Source: a virus | Lineage: Duplodnaviria; Caudoviricetes | Strand: one strand, 5' to 3' | Virus record (IMG/VR): IMGVR_UViG_3300033463_000041 | Coordinates: 53,147 to 117,146 of that record | DNA length: 64,000 nucleotides | In this document: in pieces, positions 55,276-64,000 of the stretch | How the letters are laid out: the number at the start of each line of letters is the position of its first letter | Position numbering within the stretch: the stretch's first letter is position 1 | The notes under the pieces: generated by a model | What the model was told of the DNA's origin: nothing | The model's database searches: none | The model's input: only the letters and a program-made list of their open reading frames with translations | Translations under genes and position numbers: made by a program

Positions 55276-56691
55276 ATGGAGTATTTTAAGAATTGCATGA
55301 CCCAAGAGCAGTTGGAACAGGAGCACCGCAAGCTGGTAATCAAGATGCACCCCGACCGCAACCCCGACAACCCTAACGCTACGGCTGAGTTTCAGGAGAT
55401 GCAAAGCCAGTATGAGGAACGCAAGGCTGAACTGAACGGCGACTATAGCAAGGCCCGAAAGGGTAGGGAGCGTCGCGAACGTGAGGACAGGGAGCGACGG
55501 GAGCGTGAACGCCGTGAGCAGGAGCGCCGCAAAAAGGAGATGGCTATCGACCAGGCTCGAAAGAACAAGCAGCGCAGCCACTTGGAATGGAAGCAGGGCG
55601 AGTATGTCTATGCCCGTATGGTGAACTTCACCCGCAGTATGTTCGAGTGGGATAACCTAAGTGGTGACGAGTTGCTGCATGTGGTAATCAAGATGGGCGT
55701 AAAGGAAGAGACGGTGGTAAGGATTGAGCACATCGTGGAGTGCCAGTCGTTCGATATCCTGAACGCCAGTCTGAGCAAGCTGCTGAACAGCATGGAGACC
55801 GGCTGCATCTATGGTGGCCGTGAGACGTTGCAGGATGCCGACCCCGCCAATGGCATCTATAAGAAGCAGACGGTGGGCAAGGTGGTGATGTTCCGTAGCG
55901 AACAGTACTGCGTGTTCGGCAATCCGATGGGCGACCAGACGATATCCGACTACTATATGCCTGTAGGCTATGAGACGCTGTTTGGCAGTCAGATAGACCG
56001 CATCAAGGCGCACATTGCCTATGAGGAACAGGAGAAAGCACGATTGGAGGCTGAGCGTATGGCCCGTATCGAGGCCGAGCAGCGTCCGATGATAGCGGAG
56101 TGGGAGCCGAAGCTGATAGCACTGAGTCGAGGACTGACGGCCAAGGAGCAGAAAGAGGTGGCTATGAGCAACCTGAAGACGATGCTCAAGGCGAAGTTCC
56201 CCGGTGCGAAGTTCACTGTGAAGAGTGACAAGTATGGCGACGTGGTGGTGCGCTGGGAGGATGGCCCGACATGGCAGGCCGTGCGTGAGGTGACGAAGCT
56301 GTTTGATGCCTGGGAGGCTATCGACGCCAAGACGGGCAACCAGACGCTGACGCCGTGGATGGAGCACTACGGACGGATGTGTTTCTCAGTGACCGAGACG
56401 GAGCGCAAGATGTCGGTACTGACTAAGGCCCGCATCCTGCAGCAGCTTGGTAGCGTGACCGAGGCTTTCACCACATCGGCTATCGACGACGAGGTGACGG
56501 TATCTGATTTCGACTGGCTGATGCTCCACCTGCTTGTCGGCATCGAGATAGGCAAGGGCAATCAGGAGTGTATGAGTACGATACATGCCGACGGCAGGCG
56601 CACAGTAGCCATCAATGCGGCTGTGAACTTCATATTCAGCCACTCTGACTATTGCAAGCAGACCAAGGCCAAAAAGGCTAAGGCTGCTTGA
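55276..56691 (+). CDS. J-domain + LPD29 (polyvalent-protein domain) protein
   Basis: KLVIKMHPDRNP..AEFQEMQSQYE (HPD motif); NLKTMLKAKFPGAKFTVKS..VRWEDGPT. Confidence 0.75.
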   Translation: MEYFKNCMTQEQLEQEHRKLVIKMHPDRNPDNPNATAEFQEMQSQYEERKAELNGDYSKARKGRERREREDRERRERERREQERRKKEMAIDQARKNKQRSHLEWKQGEYVYARMVNFTRSMFEWDNLSGDELLHVVIKMGVKEETVVRIEHIVECQSFDILNASLSKLLNSMETGCIYGGRETLQDADPANGIYKKQTVGKVVMFRSEQYCVFGNPMGDQTISDYYMPVGYETLFGSQIDRIKAHIAYEEQEKARLEAERMARIEAEQRPMIAEWEPKLIALSRGLTAKEQKEVAMSNLKTMLKAKFPGAKFTVKSDKYGDVVVRWEDGPTWQAVREVTKLFDAWEAIDAKTGNQTLTPWMEHYGRMCFSVTETERKMSVLTKARILQQLGSVTEAFTTSAIDDEVTVSDFDWLMLHLLVGIEIGKGNQECMSTIHADGRRTVAINAAVNFIFSHSDYCKQTKAKKAKAA

Positions 56692-56704
56692 TACTTGAAC
56701 TTTC

Positions 56705-56751
56705 CGATTAAGCGAGAGCAGAGCCATGCTTGCATGAGCTTTGCCGAGCGT
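56705..56751 (+). repeat. 47-bp direct repeat copy 2 (1 mismatch)
   Basis: Identical to 55093-55139 except one base. Confidence 0.85.
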
Positions 56752-56803
56752 AAGGAAAGTCAACGTAGTTAAACATGAAACTTGAAACAAAAGATAAGAC
56801 AAT

Positions 56804-59800
56804 ATGAGTAAGTTATCGAGACTGCGCGACAACATCGCGGCATTGCAGGAGGCTTTCGAGCCTAAGAATGGTGAGTACGACTACGAGGTGCTGGAGAAGT
56901 ACAGCGGCTTCGGTGGTCTGGGGTTTGTGCTGAATGACGTGGACATCGACCAAATCGACCATCGTGACATTGAGTCGTGGAACAAGAGCGACCGCCAGTA
57001 CTACGATGATACGGTGCGCCTGTATCAGCTGCTGCACAAGTACAGCAACAGCGAGCAGGAGTATCAGAAGTGGATGCAGTCGTTGAAGGCATCGGTGCTG
57101 ACGGCCTTCTATACCCCTAATGAACTGGTAAAGGCCATCTTCAATCCTATCTACCATGTGAAGTACGGTCGCAATCAGATGAGCATTGCACCGAGCACGA
57201 TCCTTGACCCTGCTGCCGGCAACGGTGTGTTTGCCTTCAATGCAGTGGGCTATGCGTCACTGGCTTGTCAGCGCTATAGCGTGACGGCAGTTGAGAAGGA
57301 CTTGCTGACGGGTCTGATGTTAGGCGCACAGAAAGGCCATGCCAAGATGCAGGTGTATGTGGATGGCTTCGAGCACTTCCCGAAAGACGAGTTGGGAATG
57401 TATGACCTGGTGGCCACCAACGTGCCGTTTGGCGACATCAACGTATTTGATGCTGCCTATAGCAAGAGCGACAATAAGGTGCGCAGGGATGCAGCGAAGA
57501 TGATTCACAAGTATTACGTGCTGAAAGGTCTGGACTGTCTGAGGGATGGCGGTATCGAGGCTTACATCATCACCTCGAACTATCTGAACCGCGACGGCGA
57601 GCAGTTGGCAGAGGTGCTGAAGCAAGCACGTCTGATTGGTGCCTACAGACTGGCCAACAACCTGTTTAAGGATGCCGGCACTGAGGTAGGTACTGACCTG
57701 CTGGTGTTGCAGAAAGACAGCCACAAGCAAGGACTGACGGCTGACGAGACATTCCTGATGACGCAGTATGCGGACTCAGGATGCCCCACCAACATGTACT
57801 TCCAGATGTATGAGGACCATGTGATTGCAACGTCGTGGACGGTTGACACCGATGCCTATGGCAAGCGTGGTTTTGTCTATATGCACAAGGATGGCGTGAA
57901 GGGTATTGCCAGCGACATGCAGAAGGCATTGGCAAAAGATATGGCTGCTAATCTGGATGTGGAGTTGTTTGAGAGTGGCGAGACCCGTCGGAAAACCGAC
58001 GGGAACAGTGACGCCGAGAAAAAGGTGCAGCTGACGGCACAGCAGCTGACGATGCTGGCTATACACAAGACCTACGAGGAACTGTATGTGTACGAGGCTA
58101 CGAAGTTCGAGGAGAATACGGCATTGCGCCGCGACCTGAACGAGTTGTACGACACGTTCGTGGAGTCGTTCGGTGCGCTGAATAAGAGCGACAACGTAAA
58201 GGCGCTGAAGGCTATCAAGAATCACGGAAACCTGACGGAGTTGCTATCGCTGGAGGTGAGAGACGAGCGTGGCCGTTGGGAGAAAGCCGACATCTTCACG
58301 AAGCCGGTGGCTTTCGCTACCGACGATGTGCATGGTGCCGACACACCGCAGGAGGCACTGGCTCAGTCGTTGAACGACTACGGTAAGGCTGATATGAAGT
58401 ATATGAGTGCGCTTACTGGCATGAGCGAGGACGAACTGCTGGATGCCCTGCATGGCGAGGTGTTCTATAACCCCCTGCCTGTAGGCAAGCAGTACGAGAT
58501 TAAGGCGCAGTTTATCTGTGGCAACGTCGTTGAGAAGCTGGAGCAGATCAAGCAGTTGTGGCCGAAGGTGGCAGAGTTGCTGGATGCAGGTTCCAAGGAG
58601 CAATATGCAAGCCACCTGCCTGAGACCATCAAGGACCAAGAGGAACTGAGGGTGTATCAGAGTGCCAAGGCATTGCAGGAAGCTATCCCCGAGCCTATCC
58701 CCTTTGAGGAATTGGACTTCAATCTGGGTGAGCGCTGGATTAACGAGCGGGTGTATAGTGCTTTTGCTACGGAGTTCTTCAATGTGCCTGGTGAGCGTCC
58801 GTCGTGGCAGAGTGAGCCGTTTGCGGTAGAGGTGAAGTATGACGCTATCATCGACCAGTTCACGGCATCGGCCAACTACGGCTGGAACGAGAAGATAGGC
58901 ACGCAGTATGCCGTGAAGAGTGAGACCAAGCAGCGGTATGACGGAATGGAGCTTTTCATCCATGCCCTGCATAATACCTGTCCGAAGCTCTACAAGTATA
59001 AGCGTGACGAGAACGGCGACTACGTGTATAACGACAAGTACGAGAAGGAGAAGGAGGAAGACCCCGAGAAGACGCAGCTTGCCAACACGAAGATTGAGGA
59101 GATTCGTCAGGGTTTCGTTGACTGGCTGTTGCGTCAGCCCAAGCCGTTCCGCGATGAGTTGGCAGCTATCTATAACCGCCGCTTCAACTGTTTTGTGAAG
59201 CCGAAGTATGACGGCAGTCACCAGACATTCCCTGGTATTGACCTGAAGGGACTTGAAAAGAAGTACGGCATCAAGCATATCTACGGCAGTCAGAAGGACT
59301 GTGTGTGGATGCTGGTTTGCAATGGTGGTGGTATTTGTGACCATGAGGTAGGCTCAGGCAAGACGCTGATCATGTGTATGGCAGCGCATGAAATGAAACG
59401 CCTCGGACTGGTTCACAAGCCGATGATCATCGGCTTAAAGGCAAACGTGAGTGCCATTGCCGAGACGTATCGCACCGCCTATCCGCAGGCTAAGGTGCTG
59501 TATGCCGGTGCCAAGGACTATTCGGCCAAGGAGCGTGTGGATTTCTTCAACAAGATGAAGAACAACGACTGGGACTGTGTGATTATGAGTCACGACCAGT
59601 TCAGTCGTATTCCTCAGAGTCAGGACATCGAACTGGAAGTGATGCAGGACGAAGTGCAGCAGCTGGAAGATGCGATGAACGCTATGGAAGGATGGGACTG
59701 GGGCAACCGTAGCCGCATACAGAAGGGTTTGGAGCGCAGAAAGCGTAACCTGGAGGCGAGGATTGACGGACTGATGGACGATATCAGTAAGACGAAGGAC

Positions 59801-61888
59801 GACGTGGTGGACTTCAATCTGATGGGTATCGACCATATCTTTGTGGACGAAAGCCACATGTTCAAGAACCTGCAGTTCTCTACCCGTCACGACCGTGTGG
59901 CAGGTCTGGGTAACTCGGAGGGCTCGAAGCGTGCCTTTAACCTGCTGATGGCTATCCGCACGATACAGAAGCGTACAGGTAAGGACCTCGGTGCCACGTT
60001 CCTCTCAGGTACTACCGTCACAAATAGCTTGACGGAATTGTATTCGCTGTTCAAGTATCTGCGTCCGAAGGCAATGGCCAAGCAGAATATCACTTGCTTT
60101 GATGCCTGGGCGGCTATCTTCACGAAGAAGAGTCAGGAATTTGAGTTCTCGATTACCAACCAGATTGTGTTGAAGGAACGTTTCCGTTACTTCATCAAAG
60201 TACCTGAGTTGGCCATGTTCTATAACGAGATAACCGACTTCCGCACGGCAGAGGATGTAGGCATTGAGCGTCCGGAGAAGCACGCCCGACTGCTGAACAT
60301 CAAGCCGACGCCCGACCAAGAGGACTTCATCAAGACGCTGATGGAGTTTGCGAAGACCGGTGACTTCTCGCTGATTGGTATTGACGGAGCCACGGAGAAG
60401 CAGCAGATGGCGAAGATGCTGTATGCGACGGACATGGCCCGCAAAATGTCTCTGGATATGCGACTGATTGACCCAGGCTATCAGGACCACCCACGGAGCA
60501 AGGCTTCACGATGTGCTTATCTGGTGAGTGAGTACTACAAGAAGTTCAACGACGTGAAGGGTACGCAACTCGTGTTCTCTGACCTCTCTGCCTACGACCC
60601 GAAGAAGTGGAATGTGTATGAAGAGATCAAGCGTAAGCTGGTTGAGGAGTACGGCATCCCTGCCGACGAGATTCGCTTTATTCAGGAAGCGAAGTGTGAG
60701 TCGAAGAAGCAGAAGCTGATTGACGAGGTGAACGAAGGCAAGGTGAGAGTGCTGTTTGGTTCTACCCAGATGTTAGGCACGGGAGTCAATGCCCAGCAGC
60801 GTGTGGTAGCTGTGCATCATCTGGATACACCGTGGCGACCCTCTGACCTGGAGCAGCGCGACGGCAGAGCTATCCGCAAGGGTAACGAGATTGCCAAGCT
60901 GTACAACGACAACAAGGTAGAGGTTATCATCTATGCCGTTGAGCGCAGTCTGGATAGCTATAAGTTCAACCTCCTTCACTGCAAGCAGACGTTTATCAAT
61001 CAGCTGAAGCGCGGACAGTTGGCCAAGCGTACCCTTGACGAGGGCTCTATGGAAGAGAAGGGCATGAACTTCTCGGAGTATATGGCTATCCTCTCTGGTA
61101 ACACAGACCTGTTGGAGCGTGCCAAACTGGAGAAGAAGATTGCCGGATTGGAGAGCGAGCGCAAGAACTTCTTGCGTGACCAGCGCGACCAGCAGGAGAA
61201 GATGAAGAGCCTGGAGGAAGACAACGAGCGCCACGAGCGCCACATCCGTTCGGCACAGGGCGACTATGACAAGTTCCTGCAGCGCAAGCGTCCCGACGAG
61301 AATGGCTTCGTGGTGAACGACCTGACGATTGACGGTTGGACGATGCCGGAACTGACAAAGGACGGCAAGCCTATGACCGCCGACGACAAGGCGAAGGCTC
61401 TGGGTGAGCGACTGTTGCAGATTGCCGCTACGGCCAAGACCTGCGACATCCACCTGCGCATCGGTGAAATCTACGGCTTCCCCGTTGTGGTGAAGTCTAT
61501 CGAGAGAGGCTTTAACCTGATGGGTCAGATGGAGTACGACAACCTGTTCTTTGTAGAGGGCACGACGTTGAAGTATAGCCATAACGGTGGCCGTCTGACA
61601 AAGGTGTCGGCACGCCAGTCGGCAGAGAATCCTCTGCAGGCTCTGATGTATATCCCCACACTCATTGAGCAGTGGCAGACGAAGATGGACGAGAACAATG
61701 CCCGTCTGGAGCAGTTGAAGTCTATCAAGTGTGAGGCGTGGCCCAAAGAAGACGAGTTGCGCAAGCTAAAGGCAGAACTCGGAAAGTTGGACCGCAAGAT
61801 CAACGAGGAACTGAACGGCGGTAGCAAGAAGTCTGACAAGTCCGAGGGTAAAACCTCGGATGCGTCGGAACTTAGAAAGGCCGCATAA
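56804..61888 (+). CDS. DarB-like N6-adenine methyltransferase - SNF2 helicase fusion
   Basis: YSGFGGL, AFYTP, LDPAAGNG, TNVPF; DHEVGSGKT, VDESH.FKN, FLSGT, GTGVNAQ, WRPSDLEQRDGRAIRKGN. Confidence 0.88.
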   Translation: MSKLSRLRDNIAALQEAFEPKNGEYDYEVLEKYSGFGGLGFVLNDVDIDQIDHRDIESWNKSDRQYYDDTVRLYQLLHKYSNSEQEYQKWMQSLKASVLTAFYTPNELVKAIFNPIYHVKYGRNQMSIAPSTILDPAAGNGVFAFNAVGYASLACQRYSVTAVEKDLLTGLMLGAQKGHAKMQVYVDGFEHFPKDELGMYDLVATNVPFGDINVFDAAYSKSDNKVRRDAAKMIHKYYVLKGLDCLRDGGIEAYIITSNYLNRDGEQLAEVLKQARLIGAYRLANNLFKDAGTEVGTDLLVLQKDSHKQGLTADETFLMTQYADSGCPTNMYFQMYEDHVIATSWTVDTDAYGKRGFVYMHKDGVKGIASDMQKALAKDMAANLDVELFESGETRRKTDGNSDAEKKVQLTAQQLTMLAIHKTYEELYVYEATKFEENTALRRDLNELYDTFVESFGALNKSDNVKALKAIKNHGNLTELLSLEVRDERGRWEKADIFTKPVAFATDDVHGADTPQEALAQSLNDYGKADMKYMSALTGMSEDELLDALHGEVFYNPLPVGKQYEIKAQFICGNVVEKLEQIKQLWPKVAELLDAGSKEQYASHLPETIKDQEELRVYQSAKALQEAIPEPIPFEELDFNLGERWINERVYSAFATEFFNVPGERPSWQSEPFAVEVKYDAIIDQFTASANYGWNEKIGTQYAVKSETKQRYDGMELFIHALHNTCPKLYKYKRDENGDYVYNDKYEKEKEEDPEKTQLANTKIEEIRQGFVDWLLRQPKPFRDELAAIYNRRFNCFVKPKYDGSHQTFPGIDLKGLEKKYGIKHIYGSQKDCVWMLVCNGGGICDHEVGSGKTLIMCMAAHEMKRLGLVHKPMIIGLKANVSAIAETYRTAYPQAKVLYAGAKDYSAKERVDFFNKMKNNDWDCVIMSHDQFSRIPQSQDIELEVMQDEVQQLEDAMNAMEGWDWGNRSRIQKGLERRKRNLEARIDGLMDDISKTKDDVVDFNLMGIDHIFVDESHMFKNLQFSTRHDRVAGLGNSEGSKRAFNLLMAIRTIQKRTGKDLGATFLSGTTVTNSLTELYSLFKYLRPKAMAKQNITCFDAWAAIFTKKSQEFEFSITNQIVLKERFRYFIKVPELAMFYNEITDFRTAEDVGIERPEKHARLLNIKPTPDQEDFIKTLMEFAKTGDFSLIGIDGATEKQQMAKMLYATDMARKMSLDMRLIDPGYQDHPRSKASRCAYLVSEYYKKFNDVKGTQLVFSDLSAYDPKKWNVYEEIKRKLVEEYGIPADEIRFIQEAKCESKKQKLIDEVNEGKVRVLFGSTQMLGTGVNAQQRVVAVHHLDTPWRPSDLEQRDGRAIRKGNEIAKLYNDNKVEVIIYAVERSLDSYKFNLLHCKQTFINQLKRGQLAKRTLDEGSMEEKGMNFSEYMAILSGNTDLLERAKLEKKIAGLESERKNFLRDQRDQQEKMKSLEEDNERHERHIRSAQGDYDKFLQRKRPDENGFVVNDLTIDGWTMPELTKDGKPMTADDKAKALGERLLQIAATAKTCDIHLRIGEIYGFPVVVKSIERGFNLMGQMEYDNLFFVEGTTLKYSHNGGRLTKVSARQSAENPLQALMYIPTLIEQWQTKMDENNARLEQLKSIKCEAWPKEDELRKLKAELGKLDRKINEELNGGSKKSDKSEGKTSDASELRKAA

Positions 61889-61901
61889 AACGTAAGACAC
61901 A

Positions 61902-62138
61902 ATGAAACAGGAATTGAAGAAAGCGCTCGACTATGTTCGTGAGCAGATGGACGAAGACGATCTGGCTATTCTCCATGCGGAGATTAACAAGTGCTATAAA
62001 CAGCACCTTGTGCCTACCTTTACACTCGTGGATGCTGACCAGGTTCTCAGACTGCTGGGTGAGTATGGCGAGGAAAACGACCTGCCGGAAGACTGGTGGG
62101 AAGACTATGACGATGACGATATTTTGTTGAACATCTAA
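61902..62138 (+). CDS. Small acidic hypothetical protein
   Basis: LGEYGEENDLPEDWWE motif. Confidence 0.65.
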   Translation: MKQELKKALDYVREQMDEDDLAILHAEINKCYKQHLVPTFTLVDADQVLRLLGEYGEENDLPEDWWEDYDDDDILLNI

Positions 62139-62150
62139 AACGATACGACT

Positions 62151-62447
62151 ATGATTACAACAGCGTATGATGTAAAGCAGACAACCGACATGATGGACCG
62201 CTGGGCAGGTTTCTGCTACAATCACCCGCCATACGACGAGGTGATACTCTGGATGGTTGGTGGCTCGAAGACCCACTACCTCTACCAGCACTTCTGCTCG
62301 AAGTTTCTGCACCTCTGCGAGGACGTATGCGGCAACGACACCATGTCTGCATGGATGAAGTTCTACCGTACACTTGATCGCAAATGGGCTGAGCGCCTGA
62401 TGCAGTACGTCTATTGTGAGTGGAGAAAAGATAAGGCCAAGAACTAA
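62151..62447 (+). CDS. Hypothetical protein
   Basis: 98-aa ORF. Confidence 0.65.
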   Translation: MITTAYDVKQTTDMMDRWAGFCYNHPPYDEVILWMVGGSKTHYLYQHFCSKFLHLCEDVCGNDTMSAWMKFYRTLDRKWAERLMQYVYCEWRKDKAKN

Positions 62448-62459
62448 AACAACGAGATT

Positions 62460-63305
62460 ATGAGTTACACAATTCTTTATCGCAGTATGTTCGTCAAAAT
62501 GAGTGATGGACGGTATATCCCACTTATTGAGAGCGGAAGTAATAATTGCACAGAAATTACTTGGAAAGGACGTGAGCGCCGTGAGCGCAGTTGGCACCAG
62601 TGTATGTTTGGCAATGGTAGTAAGTCTCTGGCTCGTACTCGTGATGAAATCATGCGTGATGTAGAGAGCGTCATCGACAAGGAAAAAGAGCGTGTCGGTA
62701 AACCTTATGCCTCCTATGAGAACAAAGAGGGTGTATATACTGAGCAGGAGATAGAAAAGCATTTCGGCTATTACTCTGGCATCGCCATCAGCGGCAATGG
62801 TCATTGCAATAACACGTCGGCACAACAGTTCCGCAACTTCTTCCTGAAAGGTTTTGAACAGGCTGTTACCTTCGACGAGTGTGAGGAACTGAAACTGACA
62901 TGGTGTACTGGCTATCCCAACTACGAACGCTGCAACGTGAAGAGCGAAGAGGAGTTGATGACGGTGTACGAGGGGTTGACAATCCCTGGTTGTCATGTGA
63001 CAGTGAGTTTCTGCAGATGGACGGAATATCTGTGGGATAAGCACCGAAAGCGGGCAGAGAAGAAACCGCAGGAGCCTAAGACTGTTGGCTTTGTGGTGCA
63101 GTTTGGTAGTCAGTATATCCACAAGTTATCTTCGCGCCACATGTGGCGAACCAGCTACCTCGACTCTGCCAAGAAATACGCATCGAGAGTATCGGCAGAT
63201 AGAGCAGCCGAATGTCTGAACAAGAATTACGATAGCGTAACCCAAACAGCCTATACCGTTCCCGTCCGCATCAATAACGAGGGACACTGGGAACAAGCAG
63301 CATAA
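62460..63305 (+). CDS. Hypothetical protein
   Basis: MSY.ILY..FVK..YIP.IESGSNNC motif; ends EQAA. Confidence 0.7.
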   Translation: MSYTILYRSMFVKMSDGRYIPLIESGSNNCTEITWKGRERRERSWHQCMFGNGSKSLARTRDEIMRDVESVIDKEKERVGKPYASYENKEGVYTEQEIEKHFGYYSGIAISGNGHCNNTSAQQFRNFFLKGFEQAVTFDECEELKLTWCTGYPNYERCNVKSEEELMTVYEGLTIPGCHVTVSFCRWTEYLWDKHRKRAEKKPQEPKTVGFVVQFGSQYIHKLSSRHMWRTSYLDSAKKYASRVSADRAAECLNKNYDSVTQTAYTVPVRINNEGHWEQAA

Positions 63306-63329
63306 GTGTAACCCTATAACTTTTCGACT

Positions 63330-64000
63330 ATGACGAAGAAATTCTGGTGCCACTATATTGGCAGCGACGGCAATACGCCAAAGAGACGCAACATCGAACT
63401 AACAGACATCAGCGAACTATTGCCCAATGTGAGTAACGAGGGAGTGAAAACGCCCTTGTGGTTTGAGCGAGAAGAGGAAGATTACGGCTATCGTATCTAT
63501 ACGCATTACCACCTCTACGTGCAACTGAGCGACAAGGTGGCGACAATGGTTGACAGTATAAGCGACCAACTGGTAGAGCGTATGGTGAAGACTGACGAAG
63601 ATATCAAGGCTCAAGGCGAGAAATGGATGAAGGACTTTCTGGAGCGCAATCCTAACGCCAGTGAGGAATATCGCAACCGAGAAGCAAAATGGAACGAAGA
63701 GAGCATGGAGGGCGCGAAGAAGGATCGAGACAATCTTCTGCAAAGACTCGCTTTGTTCCTGGACTATGATACGGTGCTGCTTTCAGGTGATGCGTGGATT
63801 ATGGCCTCTGTTATCAAAGCCTACGAGGAAGTGCAGTCGCCATACTTACCCGTCATACAAGAGCTACGCCGTCAAGCTATGGCCGAGCGTGAACGCCGTG
63901 AGCAGGAGCGCAAGGAGGAACGCCGCAAGGCTGCTGAGGAAGAAGCCCGTAAGAAGGCTGAAGCCGAGCAGAAAGAGCAAGAGCGACTGACGAAGGAGTC
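63330..64000 (+). CDS. Hypothetical protein, truncated by window end
   Basis: ATG at 63330 (MTKKFWCHY), open to 64000. Confidence 0.65.
   Translation, partial: MTKKFWCHYIGSDGNTPKRRNIELTDISELLPNVSNEGVKTPLWFEREEEDYGYRIYTHYHLYVQLSDKVATMVDSISDQLVERMVKTDEDIKAQGEKWMKDFLERNPNASEEYRNREAKWNEESMEGAKKDRDNLLQRLALFLDYDTVLLSGDAWIMASVIKAYEEVQSPYLPVIQELRRQAMAERERREQERKEERRKAAEEEARKKAEAEQKEQERLTKE

Larger units (their letters stand above)
1..64000. mobile_element. Bacteroidales tailed phage / phage-plasmid (partial genome)
   Basis: Terminase, portal, protease, capsid, tape measure and endolysin occur together with iteron Rep, ParA and early anti-defence genes. No host housekeeping genes or integrase seen. 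Confidence 0.9.

Noticed and set aside
61872-63122. 416-aa minus-strand ORF, and other antisense ORFs in the early region
   Set aside because: Overlaps three well-formed plus-strand genes; no motifs
1-64000. Diversity-generating retroelement, integrase, or stop-codon recoding
   Set aside because: No reverse transcriptase or recombinase motifs and no TR/VR pair seen; genes are intact under the standard code

Overview
This window is a large part of a tailed (siphovirus-like) phage of a Bacteroidales host, probably Prevotella-like. The host call rests on TTTG..TAnnTTTG promoters, starts without Shine-Dalgarno sequences, and lipoproteins. It appears to be a phage-plasmid: it carries an iteron origin with a Rep_3-type initiator and a ParA/small-adaptor partition locus with 8-bp centromere-like repeats, and no integrase is visible in the window. 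Left part (about 1.9-32.6 kb, minus strand): terminase, portal, S49 prohead protease/scaffold, capsid, tail tube, a 3789-aa tape measure and an endolysin. A Stealth + glycosyltransferase + PRTase-HAD cassette sits inside this late operon. Eight transcription units are preceded by a motif TGCCCTTGAY-N17/18-(-7 box), a probable phage-specific late promoter. Middle (32.7-42.9 kb): partition, replication, spanin-like, HU and putative repressor genes. Right part (43-64 kb, plus strand): a candidate packaging site, then a promoter with two putative operators and a ~650-nt highly structured non-coding leader ending in a tRNA-like minihelix. An early/anti-defence region follows (PcfK/AcrIIA9-like, PcfJ, ArdC, minimal NAD+ ligase, J-domain-LPD29, DarB-like MTase-helicase). 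This region shows strand-specific CTAT enrichment and many C-terminal Ala-Ala ends. All family calls are from motif recognition by eye, not database searches.
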